From positions 64,730,001-64,794,000 of the forward strand of contig NC_045697.1 of NCBI RefSeq assembly GCF_009834535.1: a DNA stretch of 64,000 nucleotides, written 5' to 3'. Below are positions 1 through 13,949 of this stretch, one piece after another. Made by a program: the position numbers and the translations under genes. The DNA comes from Camelus ferus (Eukaryota). The first letter of the stretch is position 1, and each line of letters starts with the position of its first letter. The notes under the pieces were generated by a model. That model was not told where the DNA came from, made no database searches, and saw only the letters and a program-made list of their open reading frames with translations.

Positions 1-2018
1 TATTATGGTTCTCTCAGATGAACATAGAAAACTCACAGAAGGCCTATACTTCTCATCTTTCTGTCCTTTGTGACTCAAATTTTTATTTGAAAATGAAGTG
101 GATGAAATGCTTAAAGTTTGCTACAGAGAATCAGCTTACCTGGTCCTAAAGATAAAGACTAGTTAGTACCTTTATTTTGATAACTTTCATTTGATTATAA
201 GATGCAGTTTTCTCTATTCTTTTACCTTTTGATTTATTCTCTCATCATGTTGTATTAGATATTTTTATTGTATAATATTGTAAGGATTCTGCGAAAATTT
301 AGTAATTATTTTATTAAATGCTCAAAATAACCAACACCTTTGTTTCTATAGGGTCATTAAATCAACGTTTTTAGTAGTAGGCAACTAATGATTTTCAGCT
401 TTGACACAGAGTTGACCCATCTCCTCTAGTTACAGCATCCCTATCGTTTCAAATTACAATCAGTTCAAAACATCATTTTCATGAATAGATTGGAAGAGAG
501 CCCTGTGCAGTTTGACAGCTGTGCTCTATATTTAAGCTCAGTTAAAGTTCACTTTAAAGCAGCATGTCTTTGTAGTCATGGAGCTCTTTAATGCTATGAC
601 ACGTCTGTGATTCTGTGCATCAATCATGGTGGCAGACAGCCATATTCCTCCTTAAGAGGAGATGCTATGGAAGCAGGCAAAGAGATGAGCGTTGCCATGT
701 GTCTGTTACTACACAGGCTTCCAGTAGTTTAAACTCCCTTCTCAGCTCCTGTTGGCTACCTGCTTTCCCTTTTCTTCCTTTCTACCCTTCCTAGGAATAT
801 TGTCCGTTCTTGTTCATTTATAGAGTTGCTACTAAGCACTCTCTTTCTTTGGGTCTTAATGCTCATAAAAATGGAATTATAGCTTTCTTTTCATTTGACT
901 AATAAGCATTATAACAGAGGAATAAGAAATTGTACAGGGGGATAAAAGAGGAACTTAGATTATAAACATGTTGGGATAGTTATATATATATATATTCAAG
1001 GTATTTTTCACTTTCTATAATCTTGTTCTTGGTTTGTAGTCTCACTTACTACCTACTGGATACCTCTTAGGCTTACCCATTCACTGTTTGACCTTTCAAA
1101 ATACAAATTCATTGTGTAGTGAGGTCCATTTTCAAACCCCAGTCTGCAAAGGAATCTCTCAGCAAAATGGCTCCCCTTACAGCAAATAGTCCTGGAAATA
1201 AATTTAAAGTGAAACAATAGGAAAATAATTAGCATCTCCCATTTTGCTTGAATTTTTTGCTTCTTTGCTTATTTATTCAATCACTCGTTTATGACTCAGG
1301 ATATTTATTTATATTTTCTTTCATCCTATTTATGGAGAGCTGGTACACAAAAAAGGTACTCTCCATACTTTTGAGGATCTCATAACACCTTGCACATAAA
1401 TACAAACCCTTGGTAAGCTTTTATACTTTAGATACCCTTTTGTTCACTTTTGTGTCTGTATTACCAAAGAATATTAAATATCTTTTAATTATATTGTCTT
1501 CAAATATTTTGTTTCTGTGCAACAAAAGATAAACCCACCATAAACACTTGAAATACAAATGCATAGTACTTGGGTTTTATTCAAAGAACTCTGCAGTCAG
1601 TCAGCTGCAAGAGGTAATAGTTTTAAACTTAAGTTTTCCAGAGTTAGACTATTTGATTTTTTAAAATTTCTTGGAATATATGAAAATGATTTCAAGGAAA
1701 TAATACAAATAAAATCTTTCTGGATTTTGCATCATTTGGTGACACTATATGCAAATCCAAATATTGTATCCCTGTCTGTAAATGACTTTATCTACTTTTG
1801 AGTTATGTCAGAAAGGAACAAAATTTTTACATAGGCAAAAAAATCTCCTATGATGCAGTATCGAGATTTTAAAAGTGATTCCTAGAGAACTATTGTATTT
1901 TCTAGTCAAACTGAGAAATAATGTTAATACTTGTATCACGTGGCCAACTAATAAATATTTTCTCCATATTCATGCTTTTAATTCTACAAGTTCATAATTA
2001 ACGTGTCCATCTCCTCCT

Positions 2019-2020
<2 letters not shown>

Positions 2021-2056
<36 letters not shown>

Positions 2057-2071
2057 TTTGTGTATTTGTGT
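2021..2071. repeat. (TG)n microsatellite followed by a pyrimidine-rich tract
   Basis: Perfect TG run from 2021 to about 2048, imperfect to about 2071. Confidence 0.95.
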
Positions 2072-2404
2072 CTCTTCTCCCTCCTGTTCTCCCTCCTCCT
2101 TTCTTTTTCTTTCTCCTTTCCTTTTTCCAGAACAGATTTGGGTTTTTCAGTGGATTTGTTGCCTGATAATTCTTCCAGTTAGAAGTTAGAATAAAAGTTA
2201 ATTAACTTAATAGTATTAGAATACTGTAAATTCAAATCTGGCCCTGCCAAATCTGGCCCAACAAAAGTTCAGATTATCTCTGCACCAAGACTCAATTTGC
2301 TATGTACAGATTTAAACTTTAAAAGAAAAAGTCTCAAAATAGTGAAGCTGGTTGAGCAATGAAGCTGGATATTGGTGAAACTTTAAGGAAATTTAAAAAC
2401 AAGA

Positions 2405-2555
2405 AAGACAAAAGGACAAATACATTAATTTCACTTTATGAATTATCTCAGTCAAATTTATAGATACAGAACATAGAATGCTAATTGGCAGAGGAATGGA
2501 GGAGGAAGAAATGTTTTTTAGTGTGTTTTGTACCACAATTACAAGTAAATAAATA
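2405..2555 (+). mobile_element. Old L1 3' UTR fragment (L1MB/ME-like)
   Basis: aaaaggacaaatac...tcaaatttatagatacagaacatagaatg...gtaccacaatt resembles mammalian-wide L1 3' ends and ends in an A-rich tail. Confidence 0.5.
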
Positions 2556-3439
2556 AGCAAGCAAGAATTGACCTATAAGAAATAATTACTTTCCTCTGAG
2601 TGTAATCATTTCTCAGAATGTGACAAGAAGTCTTTTCAATCATCCTCACTTTTCTGCAACTCAGCTGTGCTTTACCACTTCATAAAAGCAAGGCATTATA
2701 AAACTTTAACTTACAATTAAAAATCAAGTTTGAAATAAAAGCCCTTTGGTGAAAGGTATGGCATTTACTTAAATCCATATAAAATTTTCTGACCCATGTT
2801 TTTGACTGATCTAATGGAAAAAGAAGCCCAGAACCCAAAATTGAAGGCAAACCATGATTACATAATAACACAGGATAAGGAAAGAGAAAAGTCTGGAATA
2901 GGGGAAGAAAAATACACATATTAAAGTAAATGTGTTAAATTTAATTTGCTTTAGTTTGATTTAGTTATTATAATTAATTTTTACACTAAAAATATCAATG
3001 GTAACATGGAATGGCATTAATTAAAACAAAAATTATCAAATGCAGACTTGGGAAGCATTTGTCTAATAGGCACCAAAGGAAAAAGTCATCTAATTTGTAA
3101 GCTTGCTAAGGAAGCAATTTTCCCCAAGGGTTATTGCAAGAAACAAATCAGAATAATATATATCATTATATCTTCAGGTATTTACCACCTGTGTTATCTT
3201 AACAATTATTCTATCTAGAAGTACTTTGAAGTATTCTGTAGTTCAATGTTCTCTGATTGTAAGTACCAAAATAATGTATCTAAAACACTCAAATGTATAT
3301 GCAACACAGAAATGAACCAATAAATAAATAAACAGATATGGAGATCACACATGCATACATACACAAAGAAAGGCCTTACTACCAGTCCCATGAACTAGTG
3401 CTCATGTACTTTATGTGTATGTATGTACTATAGAACCAG

Positions 3440-3768
3440 TGTCTGCAGTTGGCAAGCTGGAGACCCAGGAGAGCCGGTTGTATAAGTTTTAGTCCTACTT
3501 TGAGTCTGATGACAGGAGAACACCAATGTCTCGGCTCTAAGACAGTGGGGCAGAGGGAATTTGCTCTTACTCAGCCTTTGGTTCTATTCAGGCATTCATT
3601 TGATGAGGCCCACTCACACTGGGGAGAGCAATCTGCTTTATTCATTCTGCTGACTCAAACCTTAAATCTTATCCAGAAAGACTCTCACTGGTATATCCAC
3701 AATAAAGTTTAACCAGATTTCTGGGCACCTCATGGTCCAGTCAAATTGACACAGAAAATTAACCTCTA
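3440..3768 (-). mobile_element. MLT2 (ERVL) LTR
   Basis: ctgcagttggcaagctggagacccaggagagcc...ggcccactcacactggggagagcaatctgctttat...ccagtcaaattgacacagaaaattaacc matches the recalled reverse complement of MLT2B/C/D. Confidence 0.85.
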
Positions 3769-4658
3769 ATTGTACCTTGTCAAAGGAGAGCTCATTATTC
3801 TTTTTTCTTGTTTTTTTCAAGCTATCAAGTTTAGAAATTTGCAGATCCATTTCATAGCATATTAGAAATTAAACCTGAAGTAGGCTAATGTAAGTCTCAC
3901 TGATAGTCAAAGAAGAAATATATCAAATATCTAAAGTTGAGAAAAAAATAGAGAGCAGTCTAGGAACAATTTCTGAGCCATGGGCCAATATAATGATTTC
4001 TGTTCACAGTAATGCAAAATTATTCTACTCTTTCCAGAACAGTGTTTAATATTTTTAGAACAAAAACTATCTAAAAGAGTAAGTCTATTGAGTTTAATAT
4101 TTAAATTGATAAATTTCTATTATCTCAAAAATGAATTCTCCAGTCAAAAGTAGATTATTTGTATATCATTTGTAAGTGATTCAGGTGCAAATGTGAAAGA
4201 AAAATCTCTAAAACTATGTTTTCTATGGAAAATGCCAAATTCACTATTGAAATGCCGTAGTCACTTTAGAAAGAAGTGAATTTTTGCTGTATGATTTATC
4301 TATGTTATGCAAGTTGTATTATATAACATAAGCAAGTATAAAAATTCAAAAACTTAAAAAATATTAAAGGGCTAATATATATTTCAGATTTGCTAGGTGT
4401 TGACTGGGTCAAAAAGTTGCAAAAATCAGTGAGTTATAAAATGCTCAGGGTTCACTGCTATTACTGTGCTCACCTCTGTGCCATATGATGCATTTATTCA
4501 CACAGAATCATGTATTGCATACATTTATTTGACAGGTAATTTATTAATTGGCCAGAGATCCAAATGCAGACAAAACTTCCTGGATACCTGAGCTGATCTT
4601 AGAAAATTGATCAGCATTATGTAGGTGTTGAAGGACAGGGGGAATGAAAAGTACCAAC

Positions 4659-5131
4659 TGAAACAGGAAGGCATCTTGAGACCGACAACTGAGGCAGGCA
4701 GTTCCCTATGATCAATGGATTAGTTTATTACAGAGTAACTTTCTCACAGGGTGGGATTGTGTGGATGATAATCCAGAAGCAATAGCAGATGCACTTTACA
4801 CCATACGGGGGCATTGGGACAATTTTATAGGTAACCTAAGATATGAGGGTAGATGCTTGGAAATAGAACATGTGTTCCCAAGTCGAGATTCATGAACGGA
4901 TAACTTAGTCTCCTGGGTGCCAAGAATATGTTGGTGAAGGTTCTCATCATTGTTTGAGGATCAACAGAACATAATAGGCCATCTGGTCCTAATGATAATT
5001 AAACAAAATCTATTAACTGCAAAGCCCTTGATGACACAGAAGGGATTTTCTGCACAGTACAGTCCTGGGTAGAGTCAACGGAAAGACAGGAGAAACTATA
5101 AGAGCCCAAGATGGCAACAGTTATGCCAACA
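4659..5131 (-). mobile_element. Solo LTR, family not identified
   Basis: On the - strand it starts TGTTGGCATAAC, has TATAAAA (+ 4823-4829) and AATAAA (+ 4724-4729), and ends in CA. About 470 bp and richer in GC/CpG than its flanks. Confidence 0.55.
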
Positions 5132-5334
5132 GCCATACAATAGGTGAAGAATCATGTTGATTGATGAAATTCCTTGTAGAAGGGGTACTATACCACATGG
5201 ATGTGGTAATTAGCATGAAGTATGCATATGGGTATATATGACAGGCAACACAGGCAGTTTAGTGTTCCCCGAGTGATGAGAATAGAGACTGGAGAGGCAG
5301 GTAATAGACAGTGAAGTACTCTGTAAGATATGTT

Positions 5335-7200
5335 TATTAATTAATTTATTTAATAAATTCATCCATTTTTTGAGTACCTAGTATTTGGTAAGCACTGTAT
5401 TAGGTGTTTGGAAAATAGTAGTAAGCAAAACAAATCAAGATCCCTTTCCTAATGGAGCTTATAATTTATAAGGTTAGAAGGTGACCAGTACTTCATGGGG
5501 AAAAAAGAGAATAAGGTCAGGTGATCAGCTATTTGGCAGATAGAGATGAACTGCTGGCAGTTTTATATAGGGACATGAGTAGGCTTCATTGAGGAGATGA
5601 TTTATGAGCAAAATCCTGAATACTTGGGATATTTGGGAAGAAAGTATTTCAGGCAAAGGGAAGAGGTAGAGCATATATTCTAAGGCTAAATTGTGCATGG
5701 CAGGTTTAAGGAACAGCAGGGGGGTAGGCGGTGATACTATTGAAGTGAATAAAGAAGAAAGTAATAGGAGAGGAGTACAGATAGTTAACAGTAAGATCAT
5801 GTATGGTTTTATAGGCAATTGTAAGGACTTTTACTTTTGCTCTGTGTGAAATAGGAAAGCATTGAAGGGTTTTAAACAAAGGAGACAAGATCTGAGATCT
5901 GACTTAGGTTTTATAACTGCCATTCCAGCAGCTGAGATGTGAATGAATGTAAAGAGCAAGGGTGGAAATAGAAACACTCCTAATAAGGCTGTTGATATAT
6001 AATGTGAACTGGACCTGATTGTGGCTCAAGCAAAGGTGATGTAAACAAGTACTTGGCAAGTTATTTATATGTTTTGAAGGTAGTACCCAAAGGATTTCCT
6101 GATGGATTGGATGTAAGATCAGAGCAAGAAGGAGTAAAGAATAACTCCAAGGTTTTTGGTCAGAGAAATTGGGAAAAAGGAATTTCTATCCAATGATATG
6201 GGAAAGCTAAGAATGGGACAGCTTTTCAGAGAAAAGCCAGGAGTTCAGTTTTGGACATAGTATGTTGGTGATATTTCCTAGAAAACTAAGTAGAGGGGGA
6301 AAATTAGTGATTAGAAATTTGGATTGTACTCTTGTGCAGTGGAGAGACACTGCAGTGGAGAGACACTGGAAGATTTCACGTAGGTGGAGATATAGTCAGT
6401 TGTGTGCTTTAGTTTAATGCTTTCTAGCAGTTAGGTAGACAAAAGATCTGAAAGAATAAAAGCCCCAAATTAGGGCAACCAGTTAGTAGTTGGTTACAAA
6501 TGTCAAGCAAGACAATTTGAGGGAGTAAATGTTGGCTGTTGTAAAGGTAGACAAGAGTAGGATGATTTGAGAAATATTTTAGAGGTAAAAATCATCAAGA
6601 CAATAATTGTTTGTGAGGATCTTAGAAGGAGGAGTAAAACAGTTTTCTCAGTTGATTGGCTTGTTAAATGTAAGTGCCAAGATCTGAAATCAAGAGTAAA
6701 GAGGAGAAACATGTTTAGGGGGAAGACAATTCAAATTTACTTTTGACCGTTTACAATTTCAGTTTATATGGTATATTCAGGTGTAGATAACCAGCAGGCA
6801 TTTGAAACCTGAGAATAAAGTTCCTAAGAAAGCTTTAAGCAGAGCTTAAAATTTAGGGAGAAAACAGCATTAATGTTAAAAGTGATACCATGTGAATGGA
6901 TGAGGATATAATGGAGAGTAAGAAATGGTATATTCTCAAAATATTTAAAAAGTTGAATAAAAATACTTGAGATTTATGTGGAGGAAGGGGAACACATTAA
7001 AGAGATTATAAACTGGTTATAGCAAGGGGAGTTATGAGTCAGTAATAAGGGAATTTTGAAGTTTTAAAATAGTGTCATTTATACATAGTCACACTGTAAA
7101 ATAAATACTGTTATTGTGCAGTAGAAGTGAGAAGAACATTGATGACCGTTTTTATGGTAGGCAAAAGTACATGGATGCAGATGAATGTAGGGGATGGACT
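5335..7200 (-). mobile_element. L2 LINE remnants (3' part, likely more than one piece)
   Basis: Begins ttcatccattttttgagtacctag...gcactgtattaggtg, the reverse complement of the L2 tail, then typical L2 text such as cattgaagggttttaaac, gagtaaagaataactccaaggtttttgg and ggagttcagttttggacat. Confidence 0.85.
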
Positions 7201-7217
7201 GGGTAAAAAGATTGAGA

Positions 7218-10200
7218 CTGAAATGCACTAATTCAAAGACATAGACCATCAGAGTGAATCAAAAAACAGGACCCAACTCTAAGTGGTCTAAAAAACCCAC
7301 TTTGAAAATGAAGAAACATATAGAATGAAAGTAAATGGATGGAGTAAAATAAATCATGCTAACACTAATAAAAAGAAAGCAAAAGTAGCTATATTAATTT
7401 CAAACAGAGCAGGCTTCAAAGCAAGGAAAATTATGAGGGATAAAAAATAGCATTACATAAGGATAAAGTTCAGTTCTCTATAAAGACATAAAAATTTTTA
7501 ACATGTATGTGCCTAACAACAGAGTGTCAAACTATGTGAGGCAGAACATTATCGAATTGCAAGGAGAAATAGATGAATCAACTACCAGAGTTGGAGACTT
7601 TAACAGCCTTTTCTCAGAAATGAACAGATTCAGCAGGCAGAAAATCAGTAAGGGCATAGTTGAACTCAACAATACCATCAGTCAACTGGATATAATTCAA
7701 TTCTATAGAGTACTTCATCCAACAGCAGAAGAATACACATCTTTCTCAAGCTCACTTTGAACATTCTTGTAGAACACATTCTGGGTCATGAAACATAACT
7801 TAACAAATTTGAAACAATAGAAAACATACGATGTCTGCTCTCAGATCATCGTGGAATTTAACTAGAAACCAGTAACAGAAAGATAACTGAAAAATCCCAA
7901 AATATGTGCACATTAAATGACAAACTGCTAAATAACAAGGACCAAAGGAAAAAAACTCAAGAAATTTAAAGTATTTTGAACTAATTGAAAATGAAAACAC
8001 AACTTAGCAAAATTTGTAGGATACAACAAAAGTAGGGCTAGAAAGTCATTTATAGCATTGAATACATGTATTAGAAATGAAGAAAGATGTAAAGTCAATA
8101 ATCTTAGTTTTGATCTGTGGAAACCAGGAAAAGAAGAGCAAATTAAATCTGAAGTAAGTAGAAGAAGGAAATAATAAGAATTAGAGGAGAAATTAATGAA
8201 ATTGAAACAGGATAAAATCAATAAAGTCAACAAAGCCAAAATCTAGTTCTTTGAATAGATCAATAAAATTGATGTTTCCAGCCATGCTAACTAAGAGAAG
8301 AAGATAGAGGATGAAATTATTATATCAGAAATGAGAGAGGGGATATCACTACAGATGCCATGAATATTATAAGGATGATAAAAAGAATACTATCAATAAT
8401 TTTATATTCATTAGTTTGATAACACAGAAAAAACGGACCAATTCCTTGAAAGATATAATCTTTCAAAACTTACACAAAAAGAAATAGATGATCTGAGTAG
8501 GCCTATATCTATTAAAGAAATTGACCCAATAATTAATAACATTCCAAAACAGAACCAGGTCAAGATGGGCTTGCTAGTGAATTTTACCAAAGTTTGCATT
8601 TAATAAAGAAATTTTACCAATTCTCTACAATCTCTTTTAAAAAATATAAACAAAGAGAATACTTCTTAACTTGTTTTTAACAACATCAGCATAATAGCAA
8701 AACCAACAAAGATATAAGAAAATAAAACTGCAGACCAAAATTCCTTATGAACATAGATGCAGAAACCCTCAACAAATATTAGCAAATCAAATCTAACAAT
8801 GTATTAAAAAATTATGCACTATCACCAAGTAGGATTTATCCCAGGTATGCAAGGCTGATTCAATATTTAAAAATCAATTATTGTAATCCATCACATTAAC
8901 AGATAGAAGAAGAAAAAATCACATTATTATATGAAGGGGTGGAGAAAGCATTTGACAAAATCCAACATCCATTCATGATAAAAAAAAAATTAGGTAAACT
9001 AGGAATAGAGGGGAGCTTTCTCAACTTAACAAAGAACATCTACAAAAAAACTTACAGCTATTGGTGAGAAATTCATAGCTTTCCTGTCAGGTACAAGGCA
9101 ATGATGTCTCCTCCTGCCAACCCTTTTCAAGATTTACTGGAAATTGTTATTAATGTAATAAGAGAAGAAAATAATTAAAAGTATACAGGTTGAAAAGGAA
9201 GACAAAAACTGTCTTTGTTTACAGATGACATGATTGTCTATGTAGAAAAATATAAAAAAAAAATCCTGGAACTAATAATATATGATTATAGCAAAGTTGC
9301 AGAATATAAAGTTGGTATACAAAACCCAATTGTTTTCTTATATACTAGCAATTAACAAGTAGAATTTGATATTATAATACATTAGTACATTAGTATCTCA
9401 AATAATAACTAAACTATAAATCTAACAAAATATATCCATGGTCTATATTTGGAAGAAGAATACAACTCAGATAAAAGAAGTCAAACAAGTAAACAAATGG
9501 TGAAGACAGACTCCATGTTCATGGATAGTAAAACTCCATTTGTTAATATGTCAGTTCTTCCCAACTTGATATAAATAAAGGCAAAATATCTAGACAGTTG
9601 CAATCTTGAAGAAGAAGAACAAAGTTGGAGGACTGACACTACCTGACTTCAAGACTTAGTATAAAGATATGGTAATCAGGTGGCATGGTTTTGGTGAGAG
9701 AATAGACAGATTAAGATTAAGATCAAGATCACAGCAAACAGAATAGAAACCCTAGAAATAGACTTCTCTAAATAATGTCAACTGATATTTGACAAAGGAA
9801 CAAGCAATTCAATGGATTAAAGGTAGTTTCTTCAACAAATGGTGCAAGAAAAAGTGGACATCCATATGCAAATTGGCACAAATGTTACACCCTTTCCAAA
9901 AATTAACTCAAAATGGATCATAGACCTCAATGTAAAATGCAAACTATAGAAGTCCTAAAAAATAACATAGCAAAAAACCTTGGTTTTGATGATGCTTTTT
10001 ATATATAATATCAAAGGCATGATCCATTAAAGAAATTATTAATGAGCTGGTTTCATTAAAATTAAGAACTTCTGCTTTGCAAAAAACAATGTCAAGAAAA
10101 TTAGAAAACAAGCAACAAGCTGGGAGAAAATATTTGCAAAAAACACATCTGATAAGGAATGTCACCGAAATTACACAAAGATCTCTTAAAACTCACCAAG

Positions 10201-11265
10201 AAAACACACATCTCAACTTAAAAATGTGTCAAAGACTTTTAACAGACACCTCAGCAAAGAAGATATACAGATGGCTAATAAGAATATGAAAATATTCTAC
10301 ACACTATATGTAATCATGGAAAGGCAATTAAAACAACAATGAAATACCACTATACACTTATTAGAATGGCCAAAATCCAGAACACTGACAGCATCAAATG
10401 CTAGTGAGGATGTAAAGCAATAGGAACTCTCATTCATTTTTGATGTGAAAGCAAAATAGTGCAGCTACTTTAGAAGAGAGTTTGACAGTTTCTTACAAAG
10501 CTAAACATACTCTTACCATACTGTCTAGCCATCACACTTTTTGGTATTTACCCAAAGTAGTTGAAACTTACATTCACACAAAAGCCTCCCCATGGATATT
10601 TATAGCAGCTTTATTTGTAATTGCTAAAACTTGGAAGCAACTAGAATCTTGTAGCAGGTAAATGGATAAATAAACTGCTTCATCGTGACATTGGGGTATT
10701 ATTCAATAGTAAAAAGAAATGGACTATTAAGTCATGAAAATACATAGAAGAACCTAAAATGCACATCACTAGGTGAAAGAATCCACTTATAAGCCACTAA
10801 GTGAAAAGGATATATACTATATGATTCCAGCTATATGAGATTATATAAATAGCAAAGCTATGGAGGCAATACACCTGTGGCTTGCAGTGGTATGTACGTG
10901 TGTGTATGGTGGAGAGATATGTAGGTGAAAGAGAAATGATTTTTTGAGCACTGAAAATACTGTGAATGATATTATAATGACTGATGTATGTTATCATACT
11001 TTTGTCCAAATCCATAGACTGTACAATATCAAGAGTGAACACTAAGGTAACTGGACTTTGGGTGACTATGATGTATCAAAGTAGCTTCATTTTTCTTTTT
11101 TAGTAGCTTCATTTTTGATAACAAATGTACATTCTGGTGAGTGATGTTGATAATAGGAGAGGCTATGCATGGGTGGGAACAGAGGGTATACAGAATACTT
11201 CTATATCTTTCTCTCAACTTTGTTGCTAACCTAAAATTGCTGTAAAAATAGAGGTTTAAAAAATT
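7218..11265 (+). mobile_element. 5'-truncated, degenerate L1 (L1MC-like): ORF2 plus 3' UTR
   Basis: ORF 7503-7760 gives the L1 endonuclease motif (YVPN...VGDFN). A decayed RT motif F-T-D-D lies at 9218-9229. The 3' end (gagtgaacactaag...ggactttgggtg...aacctaaaattgctgtaaaaat) resembles L1MC1/2. Many stops and frameshifts. Confidence 0.93.
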
Positions 11266-11269
11266 CAAC

Positions 11270-13400
11270 AGGTAGTAGGTGCAGGGAAGAATCAGAATGA
11301 CAACAAAGGCTTGGATAGTGGGAATACGAAAAGGAGACTACACTTGCATGAAGTTTGAATAAGAATTGGAAGGAAGAGATGGAACTGTAGCTTTAGGTTA
11401 TGGGGAAAAGGGAGAAGTATATCACATTCTAATAGGATCTAGTTTCTTTCATTCCAGGAGGAGACAATGTAGAAAATAGATTAATTTGAGCAAGGCCATA
11501 TAGAAGGTGGGTAAGATGTGCTGTAAGTGGGACTTCACTGTAAAAGGCAGAAAAGTTGATGAGGATGAATAAACCTTCACATGAATTTTTAGATTAAAAG
11601 AGGAAAGTTAAGGAAGACAATACCTTATGACCAGAAACTTCTCAATGAAGCACTTAAAGTTACCTCTTTTGTCAATTGAGGGTTGAGTACAAACTTGAAG
11701 TACCTGCAGAAGAAAATGGAAGTAAATCCTAGACATGGGAAATTAAAAGGTTAATGGGTGTATTAGTTTCCCTTTGTTGCTGTAATGAATTACCATAAAT
11801 TCAGAGACTTAAAAAATACCGTTTTATTACTTTACAATTCTTTAGGTCAGAAGTCTGACGTATGTTTCAGTACCTAAAATTGAGATGGCAGCCGGGCTGC
11901 ATTCTTCTCTGCTCCGAGCTCTAGGGTAAATCCGCTGCCTTGCTTTTTCCAGAGTCAAAATGCTGACTGAATTCTTTGGCTTAGACCCCCTTCTATCTCC
12001 AAAGCCAGCAATGACTGTCCAATACTTCCTCATATCTCAGTGCTTGACAATGATTCTTCTGTTTCCATCTTCCATGTTGAAAGGATCCTAGTGATGCTGG
12101 TGATTAAATCAGACACTCCCAAATAAACCAGGATAATCTCACTGTTTTTAAGTCAACTGGTTAATAAATTTAATTCCATCTGCTGCATGAATTCCTCTTT
12201 GCCATCTAACCTAACTCATTTAGAGGTTCCAGGGATTAGAAGGTGGACCATCTTTGAGACCGTTATTCTGCCCATCACAATGACTGATGCTGAGGGTCAA
12301 GCTAAATTTAGAGACTGTCAGTTGAAATGATGCCAGTCTTGGAAATGGATACTTTATACATTGTGATAAAAATACAGATAAATTTGGTTTGGCATGAATT
12401 CAGGGTTCAGACTTGTGGTTTTAGTGAAAGAAAAGGACTACAGAAACCAAGGTGGTAATGAGACAGTATGTTGCATAATGACCCATGATATCCAGGACTG
12501 TTAGCAAAAGACATTAGACAAGGAAAAGGGTGACAGATTTCAGGGGGTGAGAGTAGAGTGGGAAATGGAAGAAAAGAGGAACTGGAGAAATCTGTGTGAT
12601 AAAAAGTAGCTATGATGTATTTAAGGAAGAGGAAGAACGAGAAAGATAATACTCAAAATATTATTCAAAGAGTAGGATATTTGAGTTTAAGATTTCAGAA
12701 TTAGACTAGTTCAGGGTGGTGACAACTTCCAGGACATAATCATGGGGACAAGTGGTTAAAGAACAGTGGATATAGTGGTTGTTCAACTGGATAAATCTAA
12801 ATATTAGTAAAGTTATGGGGTTGGGTGGACCATTCATATGTATCTTGAAGTCACTTACAATGAAGGCTGACCTTATGGAAAGATCATGACGCTGGTAATA
12901 ATTCCTCAGTCACTGAGGGAGAACTGTCAGGAAAGTAGTCAAATGTGGAGGTACTTACAGTAGAGGTACAGATACACAGCATGAAGAATAGGGAAGTAGG
13001 GATTTATACTTGCATAGACAATAAATAATCTGGAAGCAGCTTTAGGGAAAATGTCCTTCACCTTCTGAACCTGAAATATGCAAGAGGAGTAAGTATAAAG
13101 AGAATCTTCTGAAGAAAACTGGGGAGGAAGTTGAGCACTTTGGATTGAGTTAGGTTTCATTTAAGGCACAAAAATGAAGATGCAGAGACATTTATTTACA
13201 ATAGAATTACGTTTGAAAAGGCACAATGGAAAGCTCTGCAAGGAAGGGCTGCATTAGTGGTTTTATCAGGGGCCAGAGAGAATTATAGGGCAGTATTCCA
13301 TGCTCATGACAACAGAAGAGAAGTTAAAGGGCTCTAAGATATTTTACCTTCTAAGTGTTGACAAAGGATAGAAATAATGTTTTCAGAATAACACTATGGT
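11270..13400 (-). mobile_element. L2 remnants, interrupted by an MLT1
   Basis: Purine-rich antisense L2-like text, e.g. gagtaggatatttgagtttaagatttcag and tcatatgtatcttgaagtcac, similar to 58.4-59.0 kb. Confidence 0.6.
11759..12279 (-). mobile_element. MLT1 (MaLR) solo LTR, MLT1C/D-like
   Basis: Runs from tgtattagtttcc...taccataaatt to ggttccagggattag...ttattctgcccatcaca. Flanks atggg/atgac are a decayed 5-bp TSD (3/5 match). Confidence 0.9.
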
Positions 13401-13949
13401 AAGTTTACAATAGCATGAATTACAGCAGAGGCCCTATGGATAGTAGGGAGGTGATCAAATTAAGAGTTGATTGTTTCCTTTGTACATGCTTCAGAAAGCC
13501 CAGGAGAAAGTCTCAAATAGATGTTTTCATCTATAGGGTGTTTTCCATAATTACTTTATATTCTTGAAAGAAAGGAATAAAGGAAGAAAAAAAAAAAGAA
13601 AAAAGGAAAGAAATTAGGAAGAAAGGAAGGAAGGGTGGAAGGGATTCAAAAGAGAGAAATAGTAAAAAAAAAATTCATTAGGTTATTTCCCAATGTTTAT
13701 AGTGAGAGTGAATTCATCATAGAGTGCTTTCAACACAGCTTCTGATGTTATTTTTTATTTTTGCAGGAGAGATTAAAAAGCAAAAAAAAAAAAATTTTAA
13801 TGGTTGTATTTTTAAATACTAAAAAGCAAGTCTTAAGTTAGGTCAGTCGAGTATTAAACTAAATTAAGCACCTACCCAACTGGGCACATCAGTTGGGCAT
13901 ATATAATACATACTACTTTCATCCTTCGAGATCTCCCTTTTAAAATTGG

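Noticed and set aside
760..1006. Plus-strand exon from the strong acceptor at 794
   Set aside because: Only a modest donor (AAG|GTATTT at 1000/1001), and the body contains a TA repeat and looks non-coding.
6335..6366. 16-bp perfect tandem duplication tgcagtggagagacac
   Set aside because: An ordinary slippage duplication among L2 remnants.
7503..10289. Functional L1 ORF2 or a protein-coding gene
   Set aside because: Only short fragments stay open, the RT motif is mutated (FTDD), and ORF1 and the 5' UTR are missing.
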